Shown here: positions 38,448-49,472 of the stretch, one piece after another | How positions within the stretch are numbered: the first letter of the stretch is position 1 | Layout: the number at the start of each line of letters is the position of its first letter | Assembly: GCA_963667175.2 (NCBI GenBank) | Contig: CAXXXF010000015.1 | Coordinates: 32,001 to 96,000 of the forward strand | Origin: Candidatus Latescibacterota bacterium | Lineage (GTDB): Bacteria > Latescibacterota > UBA2968 > GCA-2709665 | Length of the DNA: 64,000 nt | Direction of reading: 5' to 3' | Notes under the pieces: model-generated | The model's input: the letters and a program-made list of their open reading frames with translations, nothing else | Told to the model about the DNA's origin: nothing | The model's database searches: none | Made by a program: the position numbers and the translations under genes

Positions 38448-39653
38448 GTGCCGGAAGATCGTGATAACCGGCTGCCGCTAATCGGCGTCGGTACGTTGAG
38501 GGTCAGTCCACGGGCCAGGGCGCTGGTAAACCGGGTTCTGGACAGCAACCGGCTGTCTTACGGTCCGATGACACAGGCGTTCGAGGCAGGATTCGCACGC
38601 GCCCACGGGTGTCGGTTCGGCGTGATGAGCAACAGCGGGACGAGCGCCCTGCTGGTCGCTCTGGCCGCGCTGAAGGAATTGCATGGGTGGGAAGACGGGG
38701 ACGAAGTGATCCTGCCCGCGGTGACGTTCGCTGTTACGGCAAATATCGTCTTCCACGGACGGATGCGTCCGGTGGTGGTGGACGTCGACCCACGCCACTA
38801 CGAATTGGACCCGGAAAAGATCGAGGCTGCGGTCACGCCTCGCACAAGGGCGATCATTCCCGTCCACGTCTTCGGACAGCCGTGCGACATGGACCCTGTC
38901 CTCGAACTTGCGCGGCGGTACGGTCTCCGGGTCATCGAAGATTCGGCCGAGACCATGTTCGCGGGATACAAGGGCCGCAGCGTCGGAAGTCTCGGCGAAA
39001 TCGGGTGTTTTTCCACGTATGCGGCGCACCTGCTGACAACGGGAGTGGGCGGATTGAATACGACCGACGATCCCGGATATGCGCAAAAGCTGAGATCTCT
39101 GATCAACCACGGGCGGGATTCGACGTACCTGAATATCGACGACGACAGGAAATCGCCGGAGGAACTGCGCGAGATCGTCGCCCGGCGATTCTCTTTCGTC
39201 AGTCTCGGCTACAGTTTCCGATTGACCGAGATGGAGGCCGCTCTTGGCCTCGCGCAGCTCGAGGTCGCGACAGAGATGATCGCCAGCCGGCGGAAGAATG
39301 CCGCCTATCTGACACGGGGTCTGTCCGAACACGAAGCGCTTCTGCAGCTTCCCCGGATTCGACCGGGGTGCGAACATTCATTCATGATGTATCCGATTGT
39401 ACTGAGCGACCGGAAAAAGGACGCATTGGTGAATTTCCTGGAACAGAACGGGGTTGAGACGCGCGAGATGCTCCCGCTGACGAATCAGCCGCTATACCAG
39501 CGTCTGTTGGGCATCTGCGAGGCGGATTACCCCGTTGCCGAGTGGATCAACCGGAGCGGATTCTACATCGGTTGCCACCAGGACCTCACGTTAGCCGACC
39601 TGGATCGTATCGTGGAACTGTTCGGTCGTTTCTTCCGGAGCGGGGAAGCCTAG
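38448..39653 (+). CDS. DegT/DnrJ-fold PLP enzyme with His at the catalytic Lys position (ColD-like 3-dehydratase candidate)
   Basis: NSGTSAL, VHVFG, IEDSAE, FSTYAAHLLTTGVGG. Confidence 0.75.
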   Translation: MPEDRDNRLPLIGVGTLRVSPRARALVNRVLDSNRLSYGPMTQAFEAGFARAHGCRFGVMSNSGTSALLVALAALKELHGWEDGDEVILPAVTFAVTANIVFHGRMRPVVVDVDPRHYELDPEKIEAAVTPRTRAIIPVHVFGQPCDMDPVLELARRYGLRVIEDSAETMFAGYKGRSVGSLGEIGCFSTYAAHLLTTGVGGLNTTDDPGYAQKLRSLINHGRDSTYLNIDDDRKSPEELREIVARRFSFVSLGYSFRLTEMEAALGLAQLEVATEMIASRRKNAAYLTRGLSEHEALLQLPRIRPGCEHSFMMYPIVLSDRKKDALVNFLEQNGVETREMLPLTNQPLYQRLLGICEADYPVAEWINRSGFYIGCHQDLTLADLDRIVELFGRFFRSGEA

Positions 39654-39705
39654 TGTCCCGGCGCCCGCGTTTCGCTTTTCGTTCCTTGTGAATTGACTGC
39701 CCTTT

Positions 39706-39734
39706 GCCGACCCTTCGACAGGCTCAGGGAGCGG
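39706..39734. repeat. REP-like palindrome, inverted copy of 9560..9588
   Basis: GCCGACCCTTCGACAGGCTCAGGGAGCGG. Confidence 0.8.
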
Positions 39735-39754
39735 CTCAGGGTCCGGGGTGGACG

Positions 39755-40459
39755 ATGGCAAGGCGAACGCTCGTTCTGCTTACGCTCGATGAGGTCGACG
39801 GCGTACGCCGGCTGTTCTCGGCCGGTCCGGATCTGTCCCGGATGGCCGACGAAGTGTTCGCCGTGGACGGCGGGTCAACGGACGGTACCCGGGAGGTTCT
39901 GGCGTCCCGTCAGATCCGGCTGGTCGACCAGCAACGCCCGGGGAGGGGCGAGGCGTTTCGCGCAGCGGTCCGGGCGTCGAACGGCAAGAGCCTGGTTTTC
40001 TTCAGCCCCGACGGCAATGAAGACCCGGACGATATCCCCATGCTTTTCACCGCGATCGAAAACGGCGCCGATATGGTGATTGCGTCCCGTTTCCTGTCGG
40101 GCGCCCGGAACGAGGAGGACGACGACGCGCTACCGCTGAGAAAGTGGACAAACCAGTTGTTTACCTGGATTGCCAATCGACTCTGGAATCGGGGGTCGTA
40201 CGTGACGGACACCATCAACGGGTTTCGGGGGATTACAAGGGAAGCATTCCTGAGGCTCAATCCCGGATCGATGGGTTATACGATCGAATACGAAATGACG
40301 ATCCGCGCGATGAAACAGCGAATGCGGATCGAGGAGATTCCTACGTGGGAAGGGAACCGTGTAGGCGGAGAATCGAAAGCGCCTTCGTTTCGAACGGGCG
40401 TCCGGTTCCTTCGATTCCTGATTCAGGAGATGGTCGCGGCCGACAACCGTGAAGCGTGA
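39755..40459 (+). CDS. Glycosyltransferase family 2 (DPM-synthase-like)
   Basis: VDGGSTDGT, GRGEA, SPDG, VIASRF, TDTINGFR, IEEIP. Confidence 0.85.
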   Translation: MARRTLVLLTLDEVDGVRRLFSAGPDLSRMADEVFAVDGGSTDGTREVLASRQIRLVDQQRPGRGEAFRAAVRASNGKSLVFFSPDGNEDPDDIPMLFTAIENGADMVIASRFLSGARNEEDDDALPLRKWTNQLFTWIANRLWNRGSYVTDTINGFRGITREAFLRLNPGSMGYTIEYEMTIRAMKQRMRIEEIPTWEGNRVGGESKAPSFRTGVRFLRFLIQEMVAADNREA

Positions 40460-40575
40460 CGTTTCGAAGCGACGCCGGCGCCGGGCGTACCGACGCGTAC
40501 GGTCACAGATTGTGGGAAGGAGAAGCCGGAATCGGCCCGATGGCGCAAACCGGTCCTGCGGCCTCCCGATCGGAG

Positions 40576-41493
40576 CTATCCGGCGGCAGACGACTGCGAC
40601 TTGCCGGCTGGCGCTTTCCCGTTCTTGAGCACGTCGAGGAGTCTTCGGGCGGCCACCGAAAGGCTGCGGCCACGTTTGTGCAGGATGCCCAGGGGTCTGG
40701 TTAGCACGTCGCCCTCGATGGCGAGCGCTTTCAGGCTGCCTTCCTTGTGTTCCAGGTCGACCGAATGTTCAGGAAGAATCGAGATGCCGAGGTCGACTTC
40801 GACGGCATCCTTTATGGTATCGATATGATCGAATTCCATGACAATGTTGGGTTGAATGCGATGTTTGCGGAAGAACTGGTCGAGCGCATGCCGGGTGTGG
40901 GTCTCCTGGGAGAAGAGGATCAGCGGATGATCGCTGATGTCGTTAACCGCGACGTGGTCTTGCGCTGCAAGCGGATTCGAGGGCGGGCATGCCACCACCA
41001 TCCTGTCTTCGGAGAATGGGATGATCTTTATGTTGCGGTGGGGCCTGGGGAAGGCGACCACGCCGAAGTCGATCTCGCCGCTGGCAACGTCGTCGTAGAT
41101 GCGCGGGGTGTGGTTGTAGGCCAGCCTGAAATTGACTCTCGGGTAGGCTTTCAGGTAGGTCTTGAGGTAGGGTCCGAGTTCACGCATGCCCACACTGTAA
41201 ATGGCCGAGAGGCGAACCGTCCCCGAAACCACGCCGTCCAGAGCTTCCACGCGTTGTAACATCTCATCGTAGCGCCTGACAATGTCGCCGGCGCCCTTAT
41301 AGAATACCTCGCCCTCTTTTGTAAGGCCGATCTTGCGTTTATGCCGTTCCAGCAGCGGCTTGCCCTGGCGACTTTCGATGCTTTTGATCTGCTGGCTGAC
41401 GGCGGATTGCGTAACGCCATTGAGGACGGCCGTCTTCGAGAAACTCTGAGTGTCGATGAGGTCGCAAAAGATCTTCAGACTCTGAATCAGCAC
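40576..41493 (-). CDS. LysR family transcriptional regulator, divergent from fumC
   Basis: SFSKTA...TQSAVSQQIKSIE HTH; GTG start at 41493 with AAGGAG RBS. Confidence 0.9.
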   Translation of the reverse strand: MLIQSLKIFCDLIDTQSFSKTAVLNGVTQSAVSQQIKSIESRQGKPLLERHKRKIGLTKEGEVFYKGAGDIVRRYDEMLQRVEALDGVVSGTVRLSAIYSVGMRELGPYLKTYLKAYPRVNFRLAYNHTPRIYDDVASGEIDFGVVAFPRPHRNIKIIPFSEDRMVVACPPSNPLAAQDHVAVNDISDHPLILFSQETHTRHALDQFFRKHRIQPNIVMEFDHIDTIKDAVEVDLGISILPEHSVDLEHKEGSLKALAIEGDVLTRPLGILHKRGRSLSVAARRLLDVLKNGKAPAGKSQSSAAG

Positions 41494-41763
41494 GTAAACG
41501 TCTCCTTCGTGAAATTTGTATCGACCGTCTGTTTCCGTTGAACCCTTGCTGGAAACGGGAAAACGGCCGAGGCGGTCTCCATGCGCGGAACACCTCGCGG
41601 CGTGTGGCGGGAATGCAAGCATTGAAAATAAGCAAGCTTAATTCTAAAAGCAAGAAAATAATATATCCTGTTATATTCTTCGATGGTCGCATTTGACGTA
41701 GTGGATGCGGTTGCCGTGCCCGGACTGTTTTTGTATCTTGAAGTGCCCGGCGCCGCGGCAGGA

Positions 41764-41830
41764 CCTGCCTGCCGCGCGTTGCTTGGCCTGTCTGCCGTTC
41801 CAACGGGACAGGCAGGCGCTGGCAGGCGGG
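41764..41830. repeat. Nested CCTGYC...GGCAGG palindromic elements
   Basis: Outer CCTGCCTGCC...GGCAGGCGGG with inner CCTGTCTGCCGTTCCAACGGGACAGGCAGG at 41787..41816. Confidence 0.75.
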
Positions 41831-41914
41831 ATGAATCGACGGACAAGCGGCGTCAACCTTCCGAGACGGGACACAGTACTCGCAGCGACACGCGAATCTT
41901 GAGGAGAAGGAGAG

Positions 41915-43309
41915 ATGGCGGGATACAGAATCGAAACGGACAGCATGGGAGAGATTCAGGTTCCGGACGACCGGTATTACGGCGCCCAGACGGCCAGGGC
42001 GCTGGTTCACTTCGATATTGGCGAGGAGCGTATGCCCCGGGAGCTGATCAGGGCGTTTGGCATCCTGAAGAAAGCGGCCGCGCTGGTGAATCGGGACCTG
42101 GGGAAGCTCCCGCCGGAAAAGGCGGACCTCATTGTGCGGGCGTCCGACGAAGTCATCGAGGGTACGCTGAACAACCACTTTCCGCTGCGGATCTGGCAGA
42201 CGGGAAGCGGCACCCAGACGAATATGAACGCCAACGAGGTCATTTCCAACCGGGCAATTCAGATTGCCGGCGGACGGATGGGCAGCAAAGATCCCATCCA
42301 TCCGAACGACGATGTCAACATGGCGCAGTCGTCGAACGACACGTTTCCCGCGGCAATGCACATTGCGGCCGTCGGCGAGATTCACGGACGGCTGATTCCG
42401 ATGGTCGGACAGCTTCGGGATACACTGGCGTGCAAAGCGGACGAATTTGCGGACATTATCAAGATTGGACGCACGCATCTGATGGACGCCGTTCCACTCA
42501 CGCTCAGCCAGGAATTCTCCGGGTACGTGACCCAGTTGACGAAAGGCCTTGAGCGCGTTGAGCGATGCCTGTCGAATCTGTATGAACTCGCGCTGGGGGG
42601 CACGGCTGTTGGCACAGGGCTGAATACGCATCCGGAGTTTGCCGACCGTGCCGCCGCCCGGATTGCCGAACTGGCCGGCCATCCGTTTGTATCGGCAGGC
42701 AACAAGTTCGAGGCCCTGGCGGCCCACGACGCGATGGTGGAAACGAGCGGCGCACTGAAGACCCTGGCCTGCTCGCTGATGAAGATAGCCAACGACACCC
42801 GGTGGCTGGCTTCGGGGCCGCGCTGCGGCGTCGGCGAGTTGACGCTCCCGGCCAATGAACCGGGCAGTTCGATCATGCCGGGGAAGGTGAACCCCACGCA
42901 GTGCGAAGCGATGACGATGGTGGCGGGGCAGGTGATCGGAAACGATACGGCGATTGCGGTGGGCGGGGCTTCGGGGAATTTCGAACTGAACGTGTTCAAA
43001 CCGCTGATTGTTTACAATCTGCTGCAATCGGTCCGTTTGCTCGCCGACGCATGCGAGGCGTTCAACGATCACTGCGCGGTGGGCATTGAACCGAACCGGG
43101 AGAATATCCGGAACCACCTGGAGCGGTCGCTCATGCTCGTCACGGCGCTGAATCCTCAGATTGGATACGACAACGCGGCAAAGGTGGCCAAGAAGGCATT
43201 CGACGAGAATCTGACGCTTCGGGAATCCGCGGTGGCGCTCGATCTGATGGACGGTGAAGCGTTCGACGCCGCGGTGCGACCGGAAAGAATGACGGGGCCC
43301 GGCGCCTGA
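41915..43309 (+). CDS. fumC: Fumarate hydratase class II
   Basis: [46 protein letters not shown]. Confidence 0.97.
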   Translation: MAGYRIETDSMGEIQVPDDRYYGAQTARALVHFDIGEERMPRELIRAFGILKKAAALVNRDLGKLPPEKADLIVRASDEVIEGTLNNHFPLRIWQTGSGTQTNMNANEVISNRAIQIAGGRMGSKDPIHPNDDVNMAQSSNDTFPAAMHIAAVGEIHGRLIPMVGQLRDTLACKADEFADIIKIGRTHLMDAVPLTLSQEFSGYVTQLTKGLERVERCLSNLYELALGGTAVGTGLNTHPEFADRAAARIAELAGHPFVSAGNKFEALAAHDAMVETSGALKTLACSLMKIANDTRWLASGPRCGVGELTLPANEPGSSIMPGKVNPTQCEAMTMVAGQVIGNDTAIAVGGASGNFELNVFKPLIVYNLLQSVRLLADACEAFNDHCAVGIEPNRENIRNHLERSLMLVTALNPQIGYDNAAKVAKKAFDENLTLRESAVALDLMDGEAFDAAVRPERMTGPGA

Positions 43310-43417
43310 TGCTGGAGAGGGCGGGCGTCGATTCGGGTCGCCCTGCAGACAATGGTCGTCGAACCAGGAAGCGCCCGGCAGAACTCCCGCCGGGCGCTTC
43401 CTGGTTCGACAGGCGTT

Positions 43418-44740
43418 CTATTGATCGAGATATCCGGCGATTTTCCCGCACCAGTGTGCGGGCCACGCGGTCATGTTGCCGTAGGCGGGGGGCGAGCCGG
43501 GCCCGCGGGGATATCTGGAGGACATCACGCCGCCGTCGCCGCTGTCCAGGCCGAAGAGATAGCCGATGAAGTGAGCGCGTTCGTCTTCCTCGATCCGGGT
43601 GGCTTTGAAGTAAAGCGCCAGGACGTTGGACGGGACGTGGACCCCCGCGACTGCCCGGGATCTCTCTTCGGGCGAAGGCTTGTACTTGACCTCCTGAAAA
43701 ACGCCGACGTGGAAGTCACGGGGCCGTTCGGTGGCGGCGATCAATTCCTTCAGCGCGGTTGTACCCAGCACCCAGGATTCCCATCCAGTTGTCCGGGTTG
43801 TGAACCGCGCCTTTTCGGATGGAATCGTTAGCGCATCCACACCCCTGTCTTCCACGCTGTCGACGCGCGGATTTCCGCCGCACTTTTCCTGAATATTCCC
43901 CACCCACCACCGAATCGAATCCGTCCACAGGTTCCGGTTGACGTCGCTGAATCTCTGTTTCTCAGCCCGGTAGAAGCGAAACCGGATGCCGTTGGGGTCC
44001 GGCGGCGCAGGCACGTCCGCGGGAGCGCGCGCCGGCGATGGAGGCGTTGCGGGCGGGGCGTTCCTCTCCCAGGGGCCCGTGGGCAGGGTGTGATCCAGGC
44101 CCAGCGCGTAGACGGATGGAATCGCCCGTCCGGATACGCGATCTGCGCGCGTCCGAATCGAAACGACGCCGATCGCGCGACCGGATTCGTCCAGGAGCGG
44201 ACCTCCTTTGCCGCGGGCAGACACGGCGGCGTCCAGGGGATAGGTCCTGACGCCGTCGACGATCTCAGATGGATTCAACCGGCCTTCAACGAGGCTGAAC
44301 GTTCCCCCCTCGACTGCGTCGACGATGTAGGTTTTTTCGGTGTCACCCGGGTCCCGGGCGTCCAGTTCAAGCAGCGGCCTGCCGAAGACCTTGATTCGAA
44401 CCAGCGCGACGTTTCGTTTCTCGTCCTTGTCGACAACGCCCGAAACCCCGAATTCCTCGCCGGACTCGAATCTCGCGACAACCCGGACCGCGTCGTCGAC
44501 CAGATCCCACGTCGTAACCGCAATTCGGCTGTCTACGGCCAGAAAACCCAGTCCACGGTTCCGGGAACCGTCGCTTCTTTCCACGTCCAGAACGACAACT
44601 GAAGCGCGCACTTTTCCGAGGACGTTGTCCGGAGGGTTTCCTGCCGCGTGGGGGGCCGGCCAGAGAACCGAAAACGCGCCGCACCAGCAAAGCGCCTTCC
44701 GTACGGCTGCCGACGACGGGTTGACGGATGCCGGTTTCAT
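43418..44740 (-). CDS. Secreted trypsin-like (S1C) domain protein, catalytic residues degenerate, with degenerate zincin-like C-terminus
   Basis: GLGF, TTWDLV, DAAVSARGKGGPLLDESGRAIGV; Pro-rich linker; RAHFIGYLFGL...GVM. Confidence 0.6.
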   Translation of the reverse strand: MKPASVNPSSAAVRKALCWCGAFSVLWPAPHAAGNPPDNVLGKVRASVVVLDVERSDGSRNRGLGFLAVDSRIAVTTWDLVDDAVRVVARFESGEEFGVSGVVDKDEKRNVALVRIKVFGRPLLELDARDPGDTEKTYIVDAVEGGTFSLVEGRLNPSEIVDGVRTYPLDAAVSARGKGGPLLDESGRAIGVVSIRTRADRVSGRAIPSVYALGLDHTLPTGPWERNAPPATPPSPARAPADVPAPPDPNGIRFRFYRAEKQRFSDVNRNLWTDSIRWWVGNIQEKCGGNPRVDSVEDRGVDALTIPSEKARFTTRTTGWESWVLGTTALKELIAATERPRDFHVGVFQEVKYKPSPEERSRAVAGVHVPSNVLALYFKATRIEEDERAHFIGYLFGLDSGDGGVMSSRYPRGPGSPPAYGNMTAWPAHWCGKIAGYLDQ

Positions 44741-44807
44741 AGGCGGCCTCGAACTTCGATACGTCCGGCTTCGCCGGCCCGGAAAAAGGTTCTATTCGTA
44801 CCCGGCT

Positions 44808-45164
44808 CTAAATTACCAACAGAACGTACAGCGTGACGGCCGTACCCATGAGGGCGCCGCCGTAGCAGAGGACGTCCAGCGAAAGCAGCACTCTCCGGAT
44901 GCCCATTTCGTGCAGCGAAAAGCGAATGCGGTGCGCGGCGTGAAAAAGCGGAAGGACAACGAGGGCAAAGAGGTAGACTTTCACCAGTGGATTCGCAAGC
45001 AGGGATTTCATCCGGCTGTATTCGAGCAGGCTCTCGTCGATCAGGCCGAACGGTACGGCCAGCCCGATGAAGAAGACATGGACGGGTATCAGCAGCGCGG
45101 CGACCACGCCGCCCAGCGAAAACATGCCCCACCAGAAGGGTTCGGTTCGGTCTTCCTTGTACAC
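44808..45164 (-). CDS. frdD: Fumarate reductase subunit D
   Basis: EPFWWGMFSLGG, LPLFHAAHRI; last gene of the frd operon. Confidence 0.85.
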   Translation of the reverse strand: MYKEDRTEPFWWGMFSLGGVVAALLIPVHVFFIGLAVPFGLIDESLLEYSRMKSLLANPLVKVYLFALVVLPLFHAAHRIRFSLHEMGIRRVLLSLDVLCYGGALMGTAVTLYVLLVI

Positions 45165-45173
45165 GGTCTTCCC

Positions 45174-45584
45174 CTACTTTAAGTTCAGAATCAGCCAGGC
45201 GACGACGGCCGACGCGACAATCCACGAAAGATAGGCGCCCAGTCCCACGAGAAAGGGCGGTACCGTCAGGCGGCCGATGCGAACGATCTGGATCTTCGAG
45301 ACCAGACCCAGCCAGGTGATGCTGTGGTAGAGCGCGAACAGAAGCACGATGGCATAGCCCACGACAAAAGGAACGGACCGGAGCGATTCCTGAAACAAAT
45401 CGTGAACTTCCGCGCCTCTGGAGACCAGAAAGAGCTGGTACAGGTAACCCAGGACAAACAGTGCGATAAACACGCTGGTCGATTCCCGGACCATGAACAG
45501 AAAGTACCTGCGGTTATGCAACCACCAGGTGATCGGAACGCGACGCACGTAGGCCTTGTGTTCGGTATTTCGTTCGCTCATCAT
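45174..45584 (-). CDS. frdC: Fumarate reductase subunit C
   Basis: YVRRVPITWWL..YFLFMVRESTS, YHSITW; three TM helices. Confidence 0.85.
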   Translation of the reverse strand: MMSERNTEHKAYVRRVPITWWLHNRRYFLFMVRESTSVFIALFVLGYLYQLFLVSRGAEVHDLFQESLRSVPFVVGYAIVLLFALYHSITWLGLVSKIQIVRIGRLTVPPFLVGLGAYLSWIVASAVVAWLILNLK

Positions 45585-45585
45585 C

Positions 45586-46335
45586 TTACTTCTTCCCCCA
45601 GGGCAGAAGTACGGATTTGAACCAGCCGCCGGTCGTGGCCACCTTGTTGCGCTGGATGGCGGCCGCGGGATCCACGTCTTTGGGGCAGACCACGGAGCAC
45701 TCTCCAATGTAGGTGCACTCCCAGATACCCTCGGTGCTTGCAATGACGTGTTGACGCCGTTCCTGACCCTCGTCTCGGGAGTCCAGGTTGTACCGATGCC
45801 CCAGGGCAATGGCGGCAGGGCCGACGAACTCGGTTTCAAGTCCGTATACCGGACAGGCGGCGTAACAGAGCATGCAGTTGATGCACATGCTGAACTGTTT
45901 GTACTCCTTCAGCTCTTCGGGCGTCTGCAGGTATTCCCCTTCCGAAACCGGTTTTTCTTCCTCCCGGATGATCCAGGGCTGCACCGCCTTGAGTTTGTCC
46001 ATAAAATCGGTCATGTCGATGATCAGGTCCCGGACGATGGGGAAGTTGTTCAGGGGCTCCACCCGGACTTCGCCCGGGTAGTAGTCGCGCAGGAAAGCGG
46101 CGCAGGAGAGTTTGGGCTCGCCGTTGACCATCATGCCGCAACTGCCGCACACGCCCATCCGGCATGACCAGCGGAAGGAGAGCGATCCGTCTATGTGGTC
46201 CTTTATATGATTCAGCCCGTCCAGCACGACCCAGTCATCCTGAAAATCGATATCGTAAGATTGTTCGACGGGTTCGTCTTCCTGTTCGGGTCGATAGCGG
46301 GTTACGGTGATGGTGATGTTCTTGCCGTTGCTCAT
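45586..46335 (-). CDS. frdB: Fumarate reductase iron-sulfur subunit
   Basis: [33 protein letters not shown]. Confidence 0.9.
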   Translation of the reverse strand: MSNGKNITITVTRYRPEQEDEPVEQSYDIDFQDDWVVLDGLNHIKDHIDGSLSFRWSCRMGVCGSCGMMVNGEPKLSCAAFLRDYYPGEVRVEPLNNFPIVRDLIIDMTDFMDKLKAVQPWIIREEEKPVSEGEYLQTPEELKEYKQFSMCINCMLCYAACPVYGLETEFVGPAAIALGHRYNLDSRDEGQERRQHVIASTEGIWECTYIGECSVVCPKDVDPAAAIQRNKVATTGGWFKSVLLPWGKK

Positions 46336-46390
46336 GGAATTCCCCTTGCGGACGTTCGGAAATCCGGGTTTCGCGCCTCACGTCCCGTCG

Positions 46391-48100
46391 TCAGTACTTA
46401 CGCTCCTCGGGTTGCCAGCGGGTAATCGTTACGGGCAGGTAATCGGTGCGCGGGCCGGCTTCCGTCTTATAGGTCAATGAGTGTTGGAGATAGGTCTCAT
46501 CGTCGCGGTTTTCGTAGTCCGAACGCGAGTGAGAACCCCTGGACTCCCTGCGCTGCAGGGCGGCGTGCGCCAGCGCTTCAGCGGCATCCAGCATGAAACC
46601 CAGTTCCAGCGCCGTCGTGAGTTCGGTGTTGAATACGCTCGAGGTATCGTCCAGGCCGACGTTCTGAAAGCGTTCCTTGAGTTGCCCCAGGACTTCGCAG
46701 GTTTCCTTCAACGCTTCTTCATCGCGAAAGATCCCCGCGCCGCGTTCCATCGCCGCCTGCATTTCGTCGCGAACGTCCGCCACGCGTTCCTTGCCGTTGC
46801 GCGGCTGCAGGTACGTCCGTTCGATGCGCATCCGCTCGTCGCTGGCGAGGTTCTCGAGCGTGCCCTGGCCGGGCGCCGCCTGTCCGCTGGCGTACTGCGC
46901 GGCGACTTTGCCGGCACGGGCGCCGAAGACGAGGCATTCCGTGAGGGAATTGGAGCCCAGCCGGTTGGCGCCGTTGAGACTCACGCATGCGGCTTCGCCG
47001 GCCGCGTAGAGGCCCGGAATCGGCGTGACGCCGTCGATATCGGTATGGACGCCGCCCATCATGTAGTGGACGACGGGGCGGACCGGGATGGGGTCCTGAA
47101 CCGGATCGATCCCAACGTAGTTCCTGGCCAGTTCCCTGACAAATGGCAGCTTTTCGTCGATGACTTTCTCGCCCAGGTGCCTCAGGTCCAGATGGACGTA
47201 GTTGCCATAGGGCCCGTCGAAAACGCGGCCCTCCCGCACCTCATACATGAAGGCCCTGGACAGGATATCACGCGGCCCCAGTTCCATTTTTCCGGGGATA
47301 TATTCGCTCAGGTAGCGCTCGCCCTTGTTGTTGACCAGATACCCGCCTTCCCCTCGCGAAGCTTCGGTCATCAGGATGCCCGTACCGGGAAGACCGGTGG
47401 GATGGTACTGGACGAACTCCATGTCTTTCAACGGACACCCGATGCGGTAGGCGAGGGCCATACCGTCGCCGTTCTTGATGGCGGCATTCGTGGTAAACGG
47501 AAAGATCTTGCCGCCGCCGCCGGTACAGATGATTACGGTTTTCGCGCCGATCGCGTGGATGGCGCCCGATCGCATGTTCAGCGCGGCCACGCCGCAGACC
47601 CTTCCGTCGTCTACGAGAAGAGACGTGACGAACCACTCGTCGTACCGGGTAACCGCGTTGTATTTCAGGGAGGTCTGAAACAGGGCGTGCAACATATGGA
47701 AGCCGGTTTTGTCCGCCGCGTAGAGCGTGCGCTTGACGCTCATGCCGCCGAAAGCCCGCACGCTGACCCGGCCGTCCTCATCCCGGCTCCAGGGACAGCC
47801 CCAGTGTTCGAGCTGAATGGATTCGTCCTGCGCTTCCTTCACAAAGGCTTCGACCACGTCCTGGTCGGCCAGGTAGTCGCTGCCTCTGATCGTGTCGAAG
47901 GAGTGGAGATCGAGATTGTCGTACTCGCGCATGACGGCGGCCGCGCCGCCCTCGGCCGAGACGGTGTGGCTGCGCATGGGGTAGACTTTGGAGACGACGG
48001 CGACGTTCAGACCGGCATCGGTTTCCGCCGCGGCGATGGCGGCGCGCAAACCCGCGGCGCCACCCCCTACAAGAAGCACGTCGTGAATCGGTATGTCCAT
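46391..48100 (-). CDS. frdA: Fumarate reductase flavoprotein subunit
   Basis: [16 protein letters not shown] (covalent FAD His), [28 protein letters not shown]. Confidence 0.92.
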   Translation of the reverse strand: MDIPIHDVLLVGGGAAGLRAAIAAAETDAGLNVAVVSKVYPMRSHTVSAEGGAAAVMREYDNLDLHSFDTIRGSDYLADQDVVEAFVKEAQDESIQLEHWGCPWSRDEDGRVSVRAFGGMSVKRTLYAADKTGFHMLHALFQTSLKYNAVTRYDEWFVTSLLVDDGRVCGVAALNMRSGAIHAIGAKTVIICTGGGGKIFPFTTNAAIKNGDGMALAYRIGCPLKDMEFVQYHPTGLPGTGILMTEASRGEGGYLVNNKGERYLSEYIPGKMELGPRDILSRAFMYEVREGRVFDGPYGNYVHLDLRHLGEKVIDEKLPFVRELARNYVGIDPVQDPIPVRPVVHYMMGGVHTDIDGVTPIPGLYAAGEAACVSLNGANRLGSNSLTECLVFGARAGKVAAQYASGQAAPGQGTLENLASDERMRIERTYLQPRNGKERVADVRDEMQAAMERGAGIFRDEEALKETCEVLGQLKERFQNVGLDDTSSVFNTELTTALELGFMLDAAEALAHAALQRRESRGSHSRSDYENRDDETYLQHSLTYKTEAGPRTDYLPVTITRWQPEERKY

Positions 48101-48306
48101 TTAGGTCCCCTGAAGGCGCGGATGAATCGCGTTCGGTTCCTTCGCAAAGAGCACTTATTATAAAGATTGACCGGAATCTCGTCAATACAAAACTGGCCGA
48201 AGCCGGAGGTCGCTCAAGCGATGGAAACGGCGCATTCGACCCCGGAAATCCGGTCGTTTCGCGTCGGATCCCTGCACAGGGAGAATCCCGTATGGGGCGC
48301 GCGTCG

Positions 48307-49413
48307 TCACTGCAGGCGGCCGCGGGCGGGAAGCGGCCAGACGGCTTCGACGACGCCGTCGCGGATTCCGTAGAGTTCGTCGTGCAGGACCACCGTCGTA
48401 TCGGAGTAACCCGCCACGAATTCAATGGTTTCGCCAACTCCCGGGGTCTCCGCGGGCGCACCCAGTTCAATCTTTCCGTGTTCGGCGGAAAGGCTTACCA
48501 GGGTAACGTCGGGGATGCCGATCGGCAACGGGACGGATGAGTCGCTGCTCATCGTCTTCTTTCCCGCGTCGCAGATGATGCGGGTGGGCGTGGGGCGGCT
48601 GGTGACGGTGGAAAGCACCGTGAGGGCGTATTCGTGCTGCACCCCGAAGACGGTTCGGTACCGGACGTCGCCGAAGATGCCGCCGCCGGCTTCGATCTCG
48701 GTGACGCCGGGATGGAAAGCGCTGATCCAGTACGTGCCTGTACCGCCGCAACTGAGAATGTCGATACGGAAACCGCTGCGGCGGCACAGGTCCGCGCTGT
48801 CCGTGAGTTTCGACAGGGACTCCGTGATGATCCGCCGTTTTTCGCCGGGGTCCTTTATGGCCAGCGTGTGCGCTTCCCACGTCATCAGGCCCGACAGTTC
48901 CAGACCCGGGCAGGCGGCGATGGTCCGCGCAAGCGATAGAACCGGGTCGCCCGGCGCAACGCCCGCGCGGTTCATTCCCACGTCGACCTCGATCAGCACC
49001 CGGACGCGCACGCCTTTCTCCACGGCGGCGAGGTCGAGCTGGCGAACGTTGCTTTCATCGTCCACGCAGACCATGACGTCGGCCTGTTTCCGAAGGTTGA
49101 CGAGGCGCGCGATTTTGCGGGGGCCCACGATCTGGTTGGCAATAAGGATATCGTTGACGCCGCCGCCGGCCATCACTTCGGCCTCGCCGAGTTTGGCGCA
49201 GGTAATGCCGATGGCGCCCGCTTCCAGCAGCCTGTGGGCGAGGGCCGGCGTCTTCATGCCCTTGGTGTGAGGCCGCCACTGGACGCCCGCTTTGTGGATG
49301 ATGGTGTCCGCCATCTTACTGGTGTTTCGTTCAAGCGTGGGCAGGTCCACCAGGAGCGCCGGCGTGTCCAGGTCGGCTTTACGGCATCCGATGAGATGTG
49401 TCTGTACGATCAT
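48307..49413 (-). CDS. DSD1 / D-threonine aldolase family PLP enzyme
   Basis: LDTPAL, RPHTK, GITCAKLGEAE, GMNRAG, GGTGT, DAGKK, SAEHG. Confidence 0.85.
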   Translation of the reverse strand: MIVQTHLIGCRKADLDTPALLVDLPTLERNTSKMADTIIHKAGVQWRPHTKGMKTPALAHRLLEAGAIGITCAKLGEAEVMAGGGVNDILIANQIVGPRKIARLVNLRKQADVMVCVDDESNVRQLDLAAVEKGVRVRVLIEVDVGMNRAGVAPGDPVLSLARTIAACPGLELSGLMTWEAHTLAIKDPGEKRRIITESLSKLTDSADLCRRSGFRIDILSCGGTGTYWISAFHPGVTEIEAGGGIFGDVRYRTVFGVQHEYALTVLSTVTSRPTPTRIICDAGKKTMSSDSSVPLPIGIPDVTLVSLSAEHGKIELGAPAETPGVGETIEFVAGYSDTTVVLHDELYGIRDGVVEAVWPLPARGRLQ

Positions 49414-49472
49414 GCCAAATCCTCTGTGTTTCCGTTCCTGCGTAAAGGGAGCCCGTGAAGCGGATGTTCCCG

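Noticed and set aside
39704-39754. N-terminal extension MPTLRQAQG of the GT2 ORF
   Set aside because: It is translated REP-like repeat sequence; ATG 39755 fits the family start.
41339-43117. 592-aa minus-strand ORF (likewise 46481..48163, 8281..9477, 53431..54579, 62525..63544)
   Set aside because: These are antisense shadows of fumC, frdA, floA, the M16 peptidase and the MFP, expected in high-GC DNA, and show no motifs.
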